Below, in pieces: positions 1 to 11,712 of a DNA stretch of 64,000 nt (position 1 is its first letter; each line of letters begins with the position of its first letter). The stretch is from contig JBBCGN010000001.1 of assembly GCA_037200905.1 (NCBI GenBank), positions 25,380 through 89,379 of the forward strand, given 5' to 3'. The notes beneath the pieces are model-generated. The model was not told the origin of the DNA, made no database searches, and saw only the letters and a list, made by a program, of their open reading frames with translations. The position numbers and the translations under genes were made by a program. The DNA comes from a bacterium (GTDB taxonomy: Bacteria > Patescibacteriota > Minisyncoccia > Phycocordibacterales > UBA9973).

Positions 1-491
1 GTACCTGCCTTTTGGACGCCGACATGGGTTTTCTGTCCTTGATAAGGATTCGGGTCAGCCGGAATTTTTGTGATCTGCATGTCCGAGCCGGCTGCCGATG
101 GAGGAGCGATGAATTTTTCCAGCCACGCCGAACTGCCCTGAAGAGTGGATTCCGAGATATTCTTATTCAAATTGATGAACTCTTTCTTGAGGATATTGCA
201 GTTCATCTCGGAGAGCATGCCCATCATGGAAGCGATGTCCAAGAAGGACAGGATCTGCCCGATTTTTTCTTGGGCCTGCGACGGGGCGGTGTACATGTCG
301 GAGATGACCTCCATGCCCAAGGTTCGCAGTTTGGCACGAATAGGCTCATCCTTGTCGAGGATGTCCGTGACCATGAAGAGGGCCGCAATGAGCTTATTAA
401 CCTTATTATTCGGGACATTAAGAGATTTGTCCTTTACGGCAACGTCAGCCTGACCCGCCGAGTCCTTTAAGCTTTTATCATCGTGTATCAT
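1..491 (-). CDS. Hypothetical protein, runs off the window start
   Basis: Own translation MIHDDKSLKDSAGQADVAVKDKSLNVPNNKVNKLIAALFMVTDILDKDEPIRAKLRTLG..., open to the edge; the + ORFs listed here are its antisense shadows. Confidence 0.6.
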   Translation of the reverse strand, partial: MIHDDKSLKDSAGQADVAVKDKSLNVPNNKVNKLIAALFMVTDILDKDEPIRAKLRTLGMEVISDMYTAPSQAQEKIGQILSFLDIASMMGMLSEMNCNILKKEFINLNKNISESTLQGSSAWLEKFIAPPSAAGSDMQITKIPADPNPYQGQKTHVGVQKAG

Positions 492-546
492 ATGTCCATT
501 ATACTCTATAAGACACTAAAAGTCAAGGGTACGGCTAAAGGACTGA

Positions 547-625
547 AAATGGCGAAATACGGAGGTTTTCGCCTGCGGGCACGGCTGCGTTTTGGCCGCC
601 AGAAAACCTCCGTATTTCGCCATTT
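547..625. repeat. Intergenic inverted repeat with perfect 24-bp arms (REP/MITE-like)
   Basis: aaatggcgaaatacggaggttttc (547-570) / gaaaacctccgtatttcgccattt (602-625). Confidence 0.8.
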
Positions 626-675
626 CACTATCGGCGTAGCGAACCTCTGCGGATAAAATGTGTTAAAATACCTCC

Positions 676-2901
676 ATGGCAAAAAACGACAAGGCTAAGT
701 CCAAGAAGAAATCTGGCCCTTCCTCCCGAGAACCCTCAAAAAAATTGAAAGTCGAGACGAAGCACGGCATCTGGGCGGTCGTCTTTTTCGTTTTGGCGCT
801 GTTTACCCTCATGTCCTACTTCGGCGGGGCGGGGGTCGCCGGCAATGCCGTCTATAATCTCTTCCATTCCCTGCTCGGCGTCGGCTACATCCTCTTGCCG
901 CTGCTCTTCATCCTGCTCGGCTCGTCCTTCATCAAATCCGAGAGCCCGGACATCGGCTGGACCCGCGCCGTCAGTTCCCTGCTCTTCCTGCTCTCCTCCC
1001 TCGGCATCATCGACGTCGTGTCCACGTCGCACGCCGGCGGCCTGCTCGGCAGGGTGCTCGCCGTGCCGTTCGTGGCCCTTTTCGACGTCTATGCCAGCAT
1101 CATCTTCCTCGGGGCCATCCTGATCATTGCCATCCTGATCATGTTCGATGCAAAGCCTGCGCTCATCCCATTCTTCCAGCATTTGATGGACCGCCTGCAG
1201 GGCAAGAAGCCGGAAAAGAAAGACAAAGAAAAAGAGGAGAAGGAATTCGAACCGAAGCTCGCGCCGCGCGAAGAAGAAACCCACGAGGAACCGGTCTCCG
1301 CTCCGAGTAAGTTCAAGCAGGCTCTCGGCATCACTGCGAAGAAGCCGGACGAGGAGGAAGAGGAAGTCATGCCTATCAAAAAGAGGAAAGGCGCTCTCGT
1401 CTCTACCTATGTCCCTCCCCCTCTCAACCTACTCGAAGAAGACCAGGGCAAGCCGAACACCGGCGACATCAAGGCCAATGCCAACATCATCAAGCGCACG
1501 CTCGCGAACTTCGGCATCGAAGTGGAGATGGACGAGATCACCGTCGGCCCGACCGTCACCCGCTATGCTCTGAAGCCAGCGGAAGGCGTGAAGCTTTCCC
1601 GCATCGTCGGCCTGCAATCCGACCTGGCCCTCGCTCTCGCTGCTCACCCCATACGCATCGAGGCTCCTATCCCGGGCAAGTCCCTCGTCGGCATCGAGAT
1701 CCCGAACAAGGGCAAGTCCATCGTCGGTCTGGCGACCCTCCTCGGCGACAGCAAATTCCAGGATTCGCCGAAGCCTCTCACTATCGCCCTCGGCCGGGGC
1801 ATTTCCGGCAAGGCAGTCTTCGGGAACCTGGCCAAGATGCCCCATGCCCTCGTGGCCGGCACTACCGGATCGGGCAAATCGGTCACTATCCACTCCATGG
1901 TGGTATCGCTTCTCTATAGGAACGGCCCGGATGACCTCAAGCTCATCATGGTTGACCCGAAGCGCGTCGAGTTGACCCTGTACAACAAAATCCCCCACCT
2001 CCTGACCCCGGTCATCACAGACGCGAAGAAGACCATACTGGCGCTCAAATGGGCGGCCAAGGAGATGAATCGCCGCTACGACATCCTCGAATCGGAATCC
2101 GTGCGCGATATCGAGTCATATCATAACAACATCCAGGCTGGCGGCCCGAAGAAGACGCGCAAGAACGCCGACGGCAGCGAGGAAGAAGTCGATGTCGAGC
2201 GTATGCCGTATATCGTCATCTTCATAGACGAGCTCGCCGACATCATGACCTCATACCCTCGCGAGCTCGAGTCGGCCATCGTGCGCCTGGCCCAGATGTC
2301 CCGCGCCGTCGGCATACACCTGATACTCTCCACCCAGCGTCCCGAGGTGAACGTCATCACCGGCCTCATCAAGGCGAACATCCCTGCCCGCGTCGCCCTC
2401 AAAGTGTCTTCGCAGATCGATTCCCGCACCATCCTCGATGCCGGGGGGGCGGAAAAACTGCTCGGCGCCGGCGACATGCTCTATTCTTCCGGCGAAGCCC
2501 AGCCTGAACGCCTGCAGTCGGCATACATATCCGAGAATGAAGTGAAGAAAGTGGTGAAGTACCTCGCCGATGCGTACAAGGACGAGATCATGGAAGAAAT
2601 AGCCATATCGGGCGGCGGCATCTCCGCGGACAAGAGCATCTTTGAAAGCACTCTCGATGACGACGGAGACAGCGAAGACGATGATGAGATGTACGAGGAA
2701 GCCCGGGCCGTGGTCATCGAAGCCGGCAAGGCATCGACCTCATACCTGCAGAGAAAATTGAAACTCGGCTATGCTCGCGCGGCACGGCTGATGGACAAGC
2801 TCGAAGAGCGCGGAGTGATCGGTCCCGGCGACGGCGCCAAGCCTCGCGAAGTCCTCGAAGGCATCCAGCGTGACGAAACAGGAGGAAATATAGTACAGTA
2901 A
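676..2901 (+). CDS. ftsK: DNA translocase FtsK/SpoIIIE
   Basis: N-terminal TM helices, HALVAGTTGSGKS Walker A, IDELAD Walker B, LSTQRP, C-terminal gamma domain ASTSYLQRKLKLGYARAARLMD. Confidence 0.97.
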   Translation: MAKNDKAKSKKKSGPSSREPSKKLKVETKHGIWAVVFFVLALFTLMSYFGGAGVAGNAVYNLFHSLLGVGYILLPLLFILLGSSFIKSESPDIGWTRAVSSLLFLLSSLGIIDVVSTSHAGGLLGRVLAVPFVALFDVYASIIFLGAILIIAILIMFDAKPALIPFFQHLMDRLQGKKPEKKDKEKEEKEFEPKLAPREEETHEEPVSAPSKFKQALGITAKKPDEEEEEVMPIKKRKGALVSTYVPPPLNLLEEDQGKPNTGDIKANANIIKRTLANFGIEVEMDEITVGPTVTRYALKPAEGVKLSRIVGLQSDLALALAAHPIRIEAPIPGKSLVGIEIPNKGKSIVGLATLLGDSKFQDSPKPLTIALGRGISGKAVFGNLAKMPHALVAGTTGSGKSVTIHSMVVSLLYRNGPDDLKLIMVDPKRVELTLYNKIPHLLTPVITDAKKTILALKWAAKEMNRRYDILESESVRDIESYHNNIQAGGPKKTRKNADGSEEEVDVERMPYIVIFIDELADIMTSYPRELESAIVRLAQMSRAVGIHLILSTQRPEVNVITGLIKANIPARVALKVSSQIDSRTILDAGGAEKLLGAGDMLYSSGEAQPERLQSAYISENEVKKVVKYLADAYKDEIMEEIAISGGGISADKSIFESTLDDDGDSEDDDEMYEEARAVVIEAGKASTSYLQRKLKLGYARAARLMDKLEERGVIGPGDGAKPREVLEGIQRDETGGNIVQ

Positions 2902-2908
2902 GTGCTAT

Positions 2909-3262
2909 ATGAACCGCAACGGCAAAAGAATCATCCGCATAGCCCTCATAAGCATCTTCTTTCTCGGCATCGTCTTCTACGCCTACTACCGCTCCAGAGA
3001 CCTCATTTTCGGGGTCACCATACGGAATGTGAACCTCGTCGACGGCGCGACCATGCCGGCGGCCCTTATAAAAGTGACCGGAAACGCGAAAAATGCCACG
3101 TTCCTGTCCCTCGACGACCGGGAGATCTCCATCAATGAGCAGGGCGACTTCAGCGAAGATGTTGCGCTCCTCCCGGGATATAATATAATCACCCTGAAAG
3201 CCAAGGATAAGTTCGGCAACGCCGATGAGAAAGATTATAAGCTAATGCTCGCTCCGCAATAG
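2909..3262 (+). CDS. Small membrane-anchored Ig-like beta protein
   Basis: One N-terminal TM then beta-rich domain ([18 protein letters not shown]). Confidence 0.7.
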   Translation: MNRNGKRIIRIALISIFFLGIVFYAYYRSRDLIFGVTIRNVNLVDGATMPAALIKVTGNAKNATFLSLDDREISINEQGDFSEDVALLPGYNIITLKAKDKFGNADEKDYKLMLAPQ

Positions 3263-3326
3263 ACGGGCGCAGGGGAATACTATCGCGCTAAATGGACTTG
3301 CGCGATATGATTTCGCAAAATCAGAT

Positions 3327-4391
3327 ATGAAAAAGAAAAGCGAACCAAAAGAGAAGAAGGTGATCAGCAATAATGACGACGGTCAGGCCCTCGCGAATAC
3401 ACTAAAGGCAATCCAGACGAAATTCGGCGAAGGCTCGATAATGAAGCTCGGCGAGAAGCCGAGAGTCGATCTGAACGTCATTCCGACCGGCAGCTTGGGC
3501 CTCGATATGGCTCTCGGCGTCGGCGGAGTGCCTCGCGGCAGGATATTGGAAATCTTCGGTCCGGAATCTTCCGGCAAGACTACCCTCGCCCTCCACATCG
3601 TCGCAGAAGCCCAGAAGAAAGGCGGCATCTGCGCCTACATCGACGCTGAGCACGCCATGGATCCGAACTACGCGCGCAATCTCGGGGTGAAGATCGACGA
3701 GCTGCTCATCTCCCAGCCTGACACCGGCGAGCAGGCCCTCGACATCACCGAATCCCTCATCCGCTCCGGCAAGATCGATGTCGTCGTCATCGACTCCGTC
3801 GCCGCCCTCACCCCTGAAGCCGAGATCGAGGGCGACATGGGAGCACAGCATGTCGGCCGCCAGGCCCGCCTGATGTCACATGCTCTCCGCAAGATGACGG
3901 CCATCGTGGCGAAGTCGAAGACCGTGGTCATCTTCATCAACCAGATCCGCATGCAGATCGGCGTGATGTTCGGGAATCCCGAGACCACCCCGGGTGGCAA
4001 GGCGCTCAAATTTTACACGTCCGTGCGCCTCGACATCCGCCGCATTGCCCAGATAAAGAAGGGCGAAGACGTAGTGGGCGGCCGCACCCGCGTGAAAGTG
4101 GTGAAGAACAAAGTGGCCGCGCCTTTCAAGCAGACAGAGTTTGATATCATTTACGGCGAAGGCATCTCTCATGAAGGCGAACTGATGGCCCTCGGCGAGA
4201 AGCTCGGCATCATCGACAAGTCCGGCGCCTCGTACTCGTACAAGGGCAAGGACGGCGAGAAAGTCAGCATGGGCCGCGGCTATGACGCCACGAGGACATG
4301 GCTCAAGGAAAATGCGAAAGTGACGAAAGAATTGGAAAAGGAGATCCGCAGCCGGTTCGGCGAGATACAAGTGGCGAGCTCAGGGGAATAA
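3327..4391 (+). CDS. recA: Recombinase RecA
   Basis: [32 protein letters not shown] motifs. Confidence 0.99.
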   Translation: MKKKSEPKEKKVISNNDDGQALANTLKAIQTKFGEGSIMKLGEKPRVDLNVIPTGSLGLDMALGVGGVPRGRILEIFGPESSGKTTLALHIVAEAQKKGGICAYIDAEHAMDPNYARNLGVKIDELLISQPDTGEQALDITESLIRSGKIDVVVIDSVAALTPEAEIEGDMGAQHVGRQARLMSHALRKMTAIVAKSKTVVIFINQIRMQIGVMFGNPETTPGGKALKFYTSVRLDIRRIAQIKKGEDVVGGRTRVKVVKNKVAAPFKQTEFDIIYGEGISHEGELMALGEKLGIIDKSGASYSYKGKDGEKVSMGRGYDATRTWLKENAKVTKELEKEIRSRFGEIQVASSGE

Positions 4392-4403
4392 CATATGCGA
4401 AAG

Positions 4404-4441
4404 AAAAAACCGCTCCGACCTAGGTCGGAACGGTTTTTTTT
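4404..4441. terminator. Bidirectional intrinsic terminator after recA
   Basis: aaaaaaccgctccgacc-ta-ggtcggaacggtttttttt. Confidence 0.8.
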
Positions 4442-4449
4442 GATGCTGA

Positions 4450-4860
4450 CTATCTCCTGCCCCTGAAAAAAACTTTTACATAAAACAGACTGGCGAAAAT
4501 AGCAACGGCAAAAAATGCTGCGACCCAATAACTGACAAACCATCTCAAGACCTCGTTGCGAATAGACATAGCATCCCGCGCAACAAGCATGAAACTGCCT
4601 ACAGTTATAAAGAGCAAGAAGATCATCCATACGACATGGTTCTGCACGAAAGAGTTGCCTGAAAAGCGGACAGCTAAAATAATAGCGAAAATCGATGTGG
4701 CTGCGGCAAGCCACCACCTAGGAAAAGAGATATCCCAGATACTGATACCCTGCGGACGTATCCAATACAGAGCAATGAGTATAGGAAAAAGCAGAATAAG
4801 AAATGTTCTTGTTCTCATACATATGGTTTTAATTGTTATAAAATAACGAAAATTTATCAC
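4450..4860 (-). CDS. Membrane protein, about 4 TM (true start probably near 4820)
   Basis: Hydrophobic ORF, AT-rich. Confidence 0.6.
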   Translation of the reverse strand: MINFRYFITIKTICMRTRTFLILLFPILIALYWIRPQGISIWDISFPRWWLAAATSIFAIILAVRFSGNSFVQNHVVWMIFLLFITVGSFMLVARDAMSIRNEVLRWFVSYWVAAFFAVAIFASLFYVKVFFRGRR

Positions 4861-4928
4861 ATCATAATCTTTTCATCGAAAAAGTAAAGAATTTGCAGAG
4901 CCTCGAAAAATTTGTTAGTATCGTTCAC

Positions 4929-5507
4929 ATGGCACAATTGCAATACAACGAAATACGCGAGAAAAAGATTATCATACACGACGATGAGCCGTGCGAAGTA
5001 GTGGAGTCGCATGTCGCCCGCACTCAGCAGCGAAAGCCGCAGAATCAGGTGAAGCTCAAGAGCCTCATCTCCGGCAAAACTTTTGCTGCGACCTTTCATG
5101 TTTCCGATTCCGCAGATGAAGCGGACCTTACCAAGAAAGACGTAAAATTCCTCTATCACAACCGCGGCGAATACTGGTTCGCTGATCCGGAAAACCCGCG
5201 AGACCGCTTCATGCTCAATGCATCGCTCCTCGGCGACACGACGAAATTCCTCAAGGAAAACGGAAACGTTACCGCTCTCGTGTGGGACAATGACGGCGAA
5301 GAAAAGACCATCGGCCTCACCCTCCCTATCAAGATGGAATTCAAGGTGAAAGAAGCTCCGCCGGCAGTGCGCGGCGACACCTCGAAGGGCGGCAACAAGA
5401 TCATCGTCCTCGAGAACGGCACCACCCTCAACGCTCCGATGTTCATCGCCGAAGGCGATGTCATCCGGGTAAATACCGAAACCGGCGACTACGTCGAACG
5501 GGTCTAG
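4929..5507 (+). CDS. efp: Elongation factor P
   Basis: PPAVRGDTSKGGNK, APMFIAEGDVIRVNTETGDYVERV. Confidence 0.95.
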   Translation: MAQLQYNEIREKKIIIHDDEPCEVVESHVARTQQRKPQNQVKLKSLISGKTFAATFHVSDSADEADLTKKDVKFLYHNRGEYWFADPENPRDRFMLNASLLGDTTKFLKENGNVTALVWDNDGEEKTIGLTLPIKMEFKVKEAPPAVRGDTSKGGNKIIVLENGTTLNAPMFIAEGDVIRVNTETGDYVERV

Positions 5508-6789
5508 TGCTTGTATCTCCTCCTGTGTAATCGAACAGGCGAAGAAACCGATATCTCCAGGGATATCGGTTTCTTGCTGATACACGCGAAGATGATCAGA
5601 TTACTCAAGATGATGATTCCTCCGACGACGATGGTCCATGTCGGACCGACGATGCCGTACAGGATGCCTCCGAGAATCGGCCCCAGCGTCCAGCCGAAAT
5701 CCTCGAACAAGCTGATGGTCCCTGAGACAAGTCCGTAATTCTCGTGCTTCTTGTCTATGCCGTACAGCCACGACCACAGCGACAAGCCGGAAAGCTCGTC
5801 TCCCGCAGTGGCGAGAAACCCGAGGAGAAGGAACAAAGGACCGAAGTTGAAACCTATACAGATGGCGGCTATGGAAAAGACGAGGAGACCGGAAAACACG
5901 AGCAGTTTCTTGTTGAACATATCCACCATCTTCCCTAAGACGAATCCCAGCACCACTACGGAAAAGTCGAAGATGCTGAGCCCTACCCCGAGGAGGCCGC
6001 TCTCGGCCTGATGAGCGATAAGAAGCGGCACTACGAACCACACGATTCCGTAAAATGTGGCTGCGCTCAAGCTAAGCGAAAGCAGCATGAGGCTGGCGGG
6101 TCTGAGGCGCATGACCTCGCGATATGCATTGGAAAGAAAATTCTTCTTCAGGCGGTATGGGTTATGCTCCGCAAGATGGATCACTCGTCCTGTATTGATA
6201 GGGTTCTCTTTCGGAGCGATGGAAATCAATATGTATGCACCGAGAAAGATGATGAGCATGAGTACGGCTATCAGCCTGACGTCCAAGAGCACTATGAACG
6301 GGACGACGACGCTCGCGAGCACGATGCCGACAGACGCGAAGACGTCGCGGCTCGAGAGGAACATCGATACAGAACCCTTTGCTGATTGATTTACGGAGTA
6401 CGCGCTTATCCCCGGACCGAAGAATAGCCATCCGAAGATGCTGGCGACGAGCGATAATACGAAAGATATCTTCGACAGCCCGAACAAGAGGCATACTACG
6501 GCGGCCATGAAGAAAAGGGTCGTAGCCTTGAGCATTCTCCTGTACCCGTATCTGTCGAGCATATATCCTGCGGGAATATCGAGGAGAAGCTGGCACAGCG
6601 CCGCAAGGCCTATCATCAGGCCGACGAGCCAGAGCGGAAAAAGCCTTTCTCCGAACGGAGACATGAGAGTATAGTGCACAGTCCCGCTCCGAACTTGAAG
6701 GAAGTCAGGAAAAGCCAGAACGGCAGGAATTTTTTCAGTGCATGAGACGATTGTCCGGCTCGTATAGGACTATTATTGTCTTCAGACAT
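5504..6789 (-). CDS. MFS transporter (frameshift near 6680)
   Basis: About 12 TM, GYMLDRYGYRR motif A; N-terminus MSEDNNSP... in an adjacent frame. Confidence 0.85.
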
Positions 6790-6810
6790 GGTTACATTAT
6801 ATACGGAAAA

Positions 6811-6840
6811 TAAAATACCTCCCAATCGGGAGGTATTTTA
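6811..6840 (-). terminator. Terminator hairpin after rpsF-ssb-rpsR
   Basis: taaaatacctccc-aatc-gggaggtatttta, perfect 13-bp stem. Confidence 0.75.
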
Positions 6841-6854
6841 GAGGATAAGCGGAC

Positions 6855-7055
6855 TTATTTAGCTACGAAAGGCAGGAGGCCGAGGAAGCGAGCATGCTTT
6901 ACGGCTTTGCCGAGCTGGCGCTGGTTCTTGGCGGTGACGCCGGTGCGGCGGTGCCCGACGATCTTGCCGCTCGGATTCAAGAATCTCTTGAGGATCTCGA
7001 TATCCTTGTAGTCGATGTATTTTATGTTGTTCGCTGAAAAGTAATCTTGTTTCAT
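6855..7055 (-). CDS. rpsR: 30S ribosomal protein S18
   Basis: IDYKD...GKI...RTG...[15 protein letters not shown]. Confidence 0.97.
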   Translation of the reverse strand: MKQDYFSANNIKYIDYKDIEILKRFLNPSGKIVGHRRTGVTAKNQRQLGKAVKHARFLGLLPFVAK

Positions 7056-7079
7056 GGGTAGGCTTTAGGCTTTAAATTT

Positions 7080-7535
7080 CTAAAATGGTATGTCTTCGGG
7101 GTTGATATCTTCTTCGGGATATTCGATAGTATCGATCTCTTCAGGGCCTTGGGACTTCGGAGCGTCGCCGGAAGCGGCGGCTGTGCCTCCGCTCGGTGCC
7201 GCGCCTCCTCGCGGTCCGAACTGGGTGCGGTCTGCGACGATCTCGGTGCGGTATTTCTTCTCGCCGCTCGTCTTGTCGTCCCAGCTTCTGGTCTGCATGC
7301 GGCCTTCGACGAGGATGGAGTTGCCCTTCTTCATGTACTGGGCGACCGTCTCTGCCTGGCGTCCGAAGACTACGACATTGTGGTAGTCGGCCGACTCCTG
7401 CTTCGCGCCGTTCTTGTCCTTCCAGACGCGATTGGTAGCGAGAGAGAAGGAGCAGACCTTGATGCCCGAAGGCAGCGAGCGGAGCTCGGGATCGCGGGTC
7501 AGATTGCCTATTACCATTGCCTTGTTGAGATACAT
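7080..7535 (-). CDS. ssb: Single-stranded DNA-binding protein
   Basis: NKAMVIGNLTRDPE, VEGRMQTRSW, C-terminal DIPF. Confidence 0.98.
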   Translation of the reverse strand: MYLNKAMVIGNLTRDPELRSLPSGIKVCSFSLATNRVWKDKNGAKQESADYHNVVVFGRQAETVAQYMKKGNSILVEGRMQTRSWDDKTSGEKKYRTEIVADRTQFGPRGGAAPSGGTAAASGDAPKSQGPEEIDTIEYPEEDINPEDIPF

Positions 7536-7542
7536 ATATTAT

Positions 7543-8094
7543 TTATGCTGCAGAAACCATAGCTTCGATTTCCTTGTCGACTTCTTCCTTGTTGATCTCG
7601 ACTGGAGCTTCGCCTTCGCGCTTCGCGGTAACCGGTCGGCGATGCGACGTGCCTCCCCCTTCGCGGTGCATGAATCGGCGGGCGGCGATAGTGTTCTCCT
7701 TTACCGTCTTTACGATGAGGAAGCGGATGATATTCGGGTCGAGATCGAGAGTCTTCTTGAGTTCGAGCAGCTTCTGGGAGTCCATGGTGAACTTCACCCA
7801 GCCGAAATATGCCGTATCGTACTTGCTGCGGACGTTCTTGTAGACTTTGAGCATGGTGTACGCGAGCGGGATCATCTTCGGCATCTCGTCGGAGATGAGC
7901 GTGCCCTCCATAGAGGTGACAGCCTCCTTCATATTGCCGTAAAGGGCAGGAACCTGCTCCTCGGCGGTCGTAGGCACCAAAAGATAGCCTATTTCATAGA
8001 CATTTCCGGCTCCGCCGACGTCGACGATAGAATCGCCCTGTATTTCCTGTTTGATTTCCTCATTTATTTCCTTTTCTGCTGACTCTTCTTGCAT
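7543..8094 (-). CDS. rpsF: 30S ribosomal protein S6
   Basis: YEIGYLL, LAY, NIIRFLIVK; rpsF-ssb-rpsR synteny. Confidence 0.9.
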   Translation of the reverse strand: MQEESAEKEINEEIKQEIQGDSIVDVGGAGNVYEIGYLLVPTTAEEQVPALYGNMKEAVTSMEGTLISDEMPKMIPLAYTMLKVYKNVRSKYDTAYFGWVKFTMDSQKLLELKKTLDLDPNIIRFLIVKTVKENTIAARRFMHREGGGTSHRRPVTAKREGEAPVEINKEEVDKEIEAMVSAA

Positions 8095-8213
8095 GGATTC
8101 GATAATAGCAGAGAGTCTGTAAAAAGTAAACCCCCTTGTGATATAATGCTTTTTATGAAAGAAAACTTTAGTAATCGGAAAAAAAGCAGGAATCAACAGG
8201 ACTGAAAGATAAA

Positions 8214-9350
8214 ATGCTACGGGTGCTCAAAGGAACGGTTTCTCGCTGCCGGACTCATGTCCGCTCCGGGAGCGGCATCTGCCCCAAAAGCCGGCAATTG
8301 AGGTTCGTAACAAGGAATACGGCAATAAAAATTACGAAACAAAGGACGGCAACTTCCGATATTACCACAACCCCAAGGCTGGCTGGTTTACCGAAATTGG
8401 AGATGAGAAAACAACCTACAGCCTAGGAGCTACGAAATCTCCATTCGAGGACACGGACAAAATGGAATCACAGACACGAGTTCCAGAAAGTTTAGGAGAA
8501 ACGGATTTCTTTAACCAATTACGTAAATGCCGCGTTTTCGACAGATACCGTACTTATTGATAAAAATACCGGAAATAGATACTACAATTTTAGGGAACGC
8601 AATCCAGATATTCAAGGCGTTCCCTACGAGGGGCGAAAAGCACTGGAACATTCAAAGATTCCTGATTGATCCGCAGTATCGCTTCTTTCATATACAGATA
8701 CAGGAAGCTAGGAAAAACGCGCTCTATGATATGTATAAATATTTCTTATATCTCGAAAAAGGCGATCGTGAGAAAGCATGGAAACAAGCAAATGATTTTA
8801 TAGTTCAAAAAGTTGACCCGATCGTAGAGAGTAAATATGCGAAATGGGCGAATGAGAATTATTATAGTATCGGAATCGGTGCATACCCACCCGATACGGC
8901 ATATTATAACGCCGACCTGGAAACACTCTATGGCAACAATGATCATACGGACTTACCTGAAGAAATTCTACAACACAATAGTGATGTCATAACGGGAAAG
9001 AAAAAAGGAAAGCTGTATGGAGCAAAAGAGATCGAAGATATTTTGATAGATTACAACATAGTGTATCGAAAAAAAAGATGCGGAAACAGCAAAGAAAATA
9101 GCGCGCGAATCAATTACATCTGTTATTAATAAGTACAAAGAACAAATAGACCCTGTACCAGAAAAAACCAATCACAGAATACAAAGTTCTGAAAGTGCCC
9201 TCATTACCCTCCAGGTTTTGAGAGCTGGCCTGATGACGAGAAAATGATATGGATAAATGATCCAGAGAATAAAGACCTGATCGGCGAAGTACAAAATGCA
9301 TTTACGGAAAAAGATAGACAAGAAATACTCAGGTTATCTAAGTACTTTTA
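8214..9350 (+). CDS. AT-rich hypothetical protein, probably one frameshifted gene (core ORF 8527-9129)
   Basis: 200-aa ORF plus flanking partial frames; no recognisable motif. Confidence 0.45.
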
Positions 9351-9378
9351 GATTTGAAGAATCGAAAGATTCCAAAAA

Positions 9379-10258
9379 TTAAATTCCGAAGACTCTTTTA
9401 GCGTTATTGATGACCGCCCTGAGCCACTTCAGACTCCGACAAACCCTTCACGAGAGCGATCTTTTTAACTACTTCCCGCACGTAGGCTGGCTCGTTGCGC
9501 CTGCCTCTATACGGCACAGGAGTTACGTATGGGGCATCGGTTTTCAGTCATGATCATATCGAGCGGTGCCATCTTGATGACGTCGTCATAATCTTTGGTA
9601 AAAGTAATAACGCCGGTATAAATGACAGCGTTAAAGCCGAAATCCAGAAACGCTTGTGCAATTTCCGTATTGCCGGCGAAAAAATGCACATCGCCTTTTA
9701 CCCGTGAATGCTCTTTCAGAAGTGTGAGGGCATCAAGATAGGCATTTGGCTTTTTCAGTTCCGCCAGTCTCCAATTCTATCTTGTCATTATTGCGGATAT
9801 GCAGCATCATCGGCTTGCCGACTTCATTCGCAAGTTCTATCTGCTCGACGAAAGCTGTTTTCTGCTTCTCGATGGACTCCGCGTCCATGCGGTAGTAGTC
9901 GAGTCCGCACTCCCCTATAGCCACCGTCTTCGGATTCTTCAAAAGTTCACGATATGCATCCTTGTCGAAGACTTCGCCGCGATATGTGAACTCTTTGCCG
10001 CCTTCGCCAAGCTCTTTCTCATCATGATATGAAGCGCCCGTATGAATAGGATGGAGGCCGATGATGGCATAGACGCCTTCATCATTTTTTTCCGCCAGTT
10101 CTACGGCAGAGCGCGAAGTATCGAGCTGGGGTACCGACATTTATGACCCAGGTCTCGGCATCGAGAGCGCGCTTGATAACTTCATCCCTGTCTTCTTCAA
10201 AGGCTTTGAAGTTCACATGGCTATGGATATCAATATACTTAGGTTCTTTTTGGGGCAT
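9379..10258 (-). CDS. tatD: TatD family hydrolase (frameshifted)
   Basis: IDIHSH, GLHP, AIGECGLDYY, MLHIR, HFF motifs across frames. Confidence 0.9.
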
Positions 10259-10261
10259 AAC

Positions 10262-11709
10262 TTAGTCCTTGCGCAAAAATAACGGCGTTTCTGGATTGCG
10301 ATGACCTTTGATGAGAGCAAGAATCTTTTCCGAAGTCTCGGGCATAAGGCCTGCGAGGTGATATGCGATGTCGGCAAGGCCGCTGACCAGATTCGCGATG
10401 ATCTGCTTGGCTTCGTCAGGATCGGTCTTTACTAATTTGAACGGTTCCTTTTCCTGGATCAGGGCATCGAGTTCGCCGGCCCAGGACCAGATAATGTCCA
10501 TGGCTTTCTGGATATTATAGGTTTGGATATTATCTATGACATCAGCATCGTACTGCCCTTCGGATATTTCTACCGCACCTTCGAGATTCGTCGTCGCCAT
10601 CTTCATGATGCGGGAGGTGAGATTGCCGAGGCCGTTCGCGAGATTGGCGTTGTAGGCTTCTTTTACTTTATCAGGCGTGATGTCGCTGTCTTCAAAAGGA
10701 TTGCACATGACGAAGCAGGAAATATCTCACTGCTTCTGTGCCGTATTCCGCCACGAGATCGAGCGGATTGATGACATTGCCGAGAGACTTTGACATCTTC
10801 TGGCCCTGGGATGTGATGAAGCCGTGATAGACCACCTTGTCCGTATTCTTTATGCCTGCGGAAAAGAGCATGGCCTGCCACATCAGGGACTGAAAGCGCA
10901 CTTGGTCCTTGCCGGCCATCTGCACCCACTTCGCCCCTCCTGCCAGAATTTCTTGAAGTTGCCTTCCGCGTCTTCCGGCCAGCCGAGAGTAGAGATGTAG
11001 TTCGTAAGAGCGTCGAACCAGACGTACATGACCTGCGCATCGTCGCCAGGCACCGGCACGCCCCAGGAAAGCCTTTCCTTTTCACGGGAAATACTGAAAT
11101 CTTCCAGTCCGCCTTTGACGAAATTGATGGCTTCTTCCCTGCGCCAGTCAGGCTGAATAACATCAGGCTGCAATAGATATGCAAGAAGCTGTTCCTGATA
11201 TCTGCTGAATTTAAAAAAATAGTTCTCTTCCTTGAGCGTCTGTATCTCGAGATGCGGATGGATGAGGCAATGGCCGCTTTCGTCGAGATCCTTTTCCAGT
11301 CTTGAAGGCTTCGCAGCCGACGCAATACTGGCCCTCATAGGCCTTTTTTATAGATATCGCCCGCAGCATCGCAGCGCTTCCAGATCTCTTGGGCAAGCAA
11401 GCGACATGATGCTCGTCCGTCGTGCGCACGAAGTTGTCGACGGAAAGGGTTGAGGGCGTCTTTCAGCTTGCGGAACTCTGCCGCATAATAGTCGACGTAG
11501 TCCTTCACCTCCTTTCCTGCTTTTTCCGCCGCTTCGTATATCTTCTGTCCGTGCTCGTCGGTACCGGTAGAGAAAAAAACTTCCTGTCCCATGAGCCTGC
11601 GGTAACGCGCTATCGCATCAGCAGCTACGACTTCGAGCGCAAATCCGACATGCGGATCGGAATTCACGTACGGCAGAGTGGTAGTAATGTAAAAATTATT
11701 TTGCTTCAT
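10262..11709 (-). CDS. metG: Methionine--tRNA ligase (frameshifted)
   Basis: YITTTLPYVNSDPHVG, GTDEHGQK, YVWFDAL.NY, KMSKSLGN. Confidence 0.95.
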
Positions 11710-11712
11710 CGC

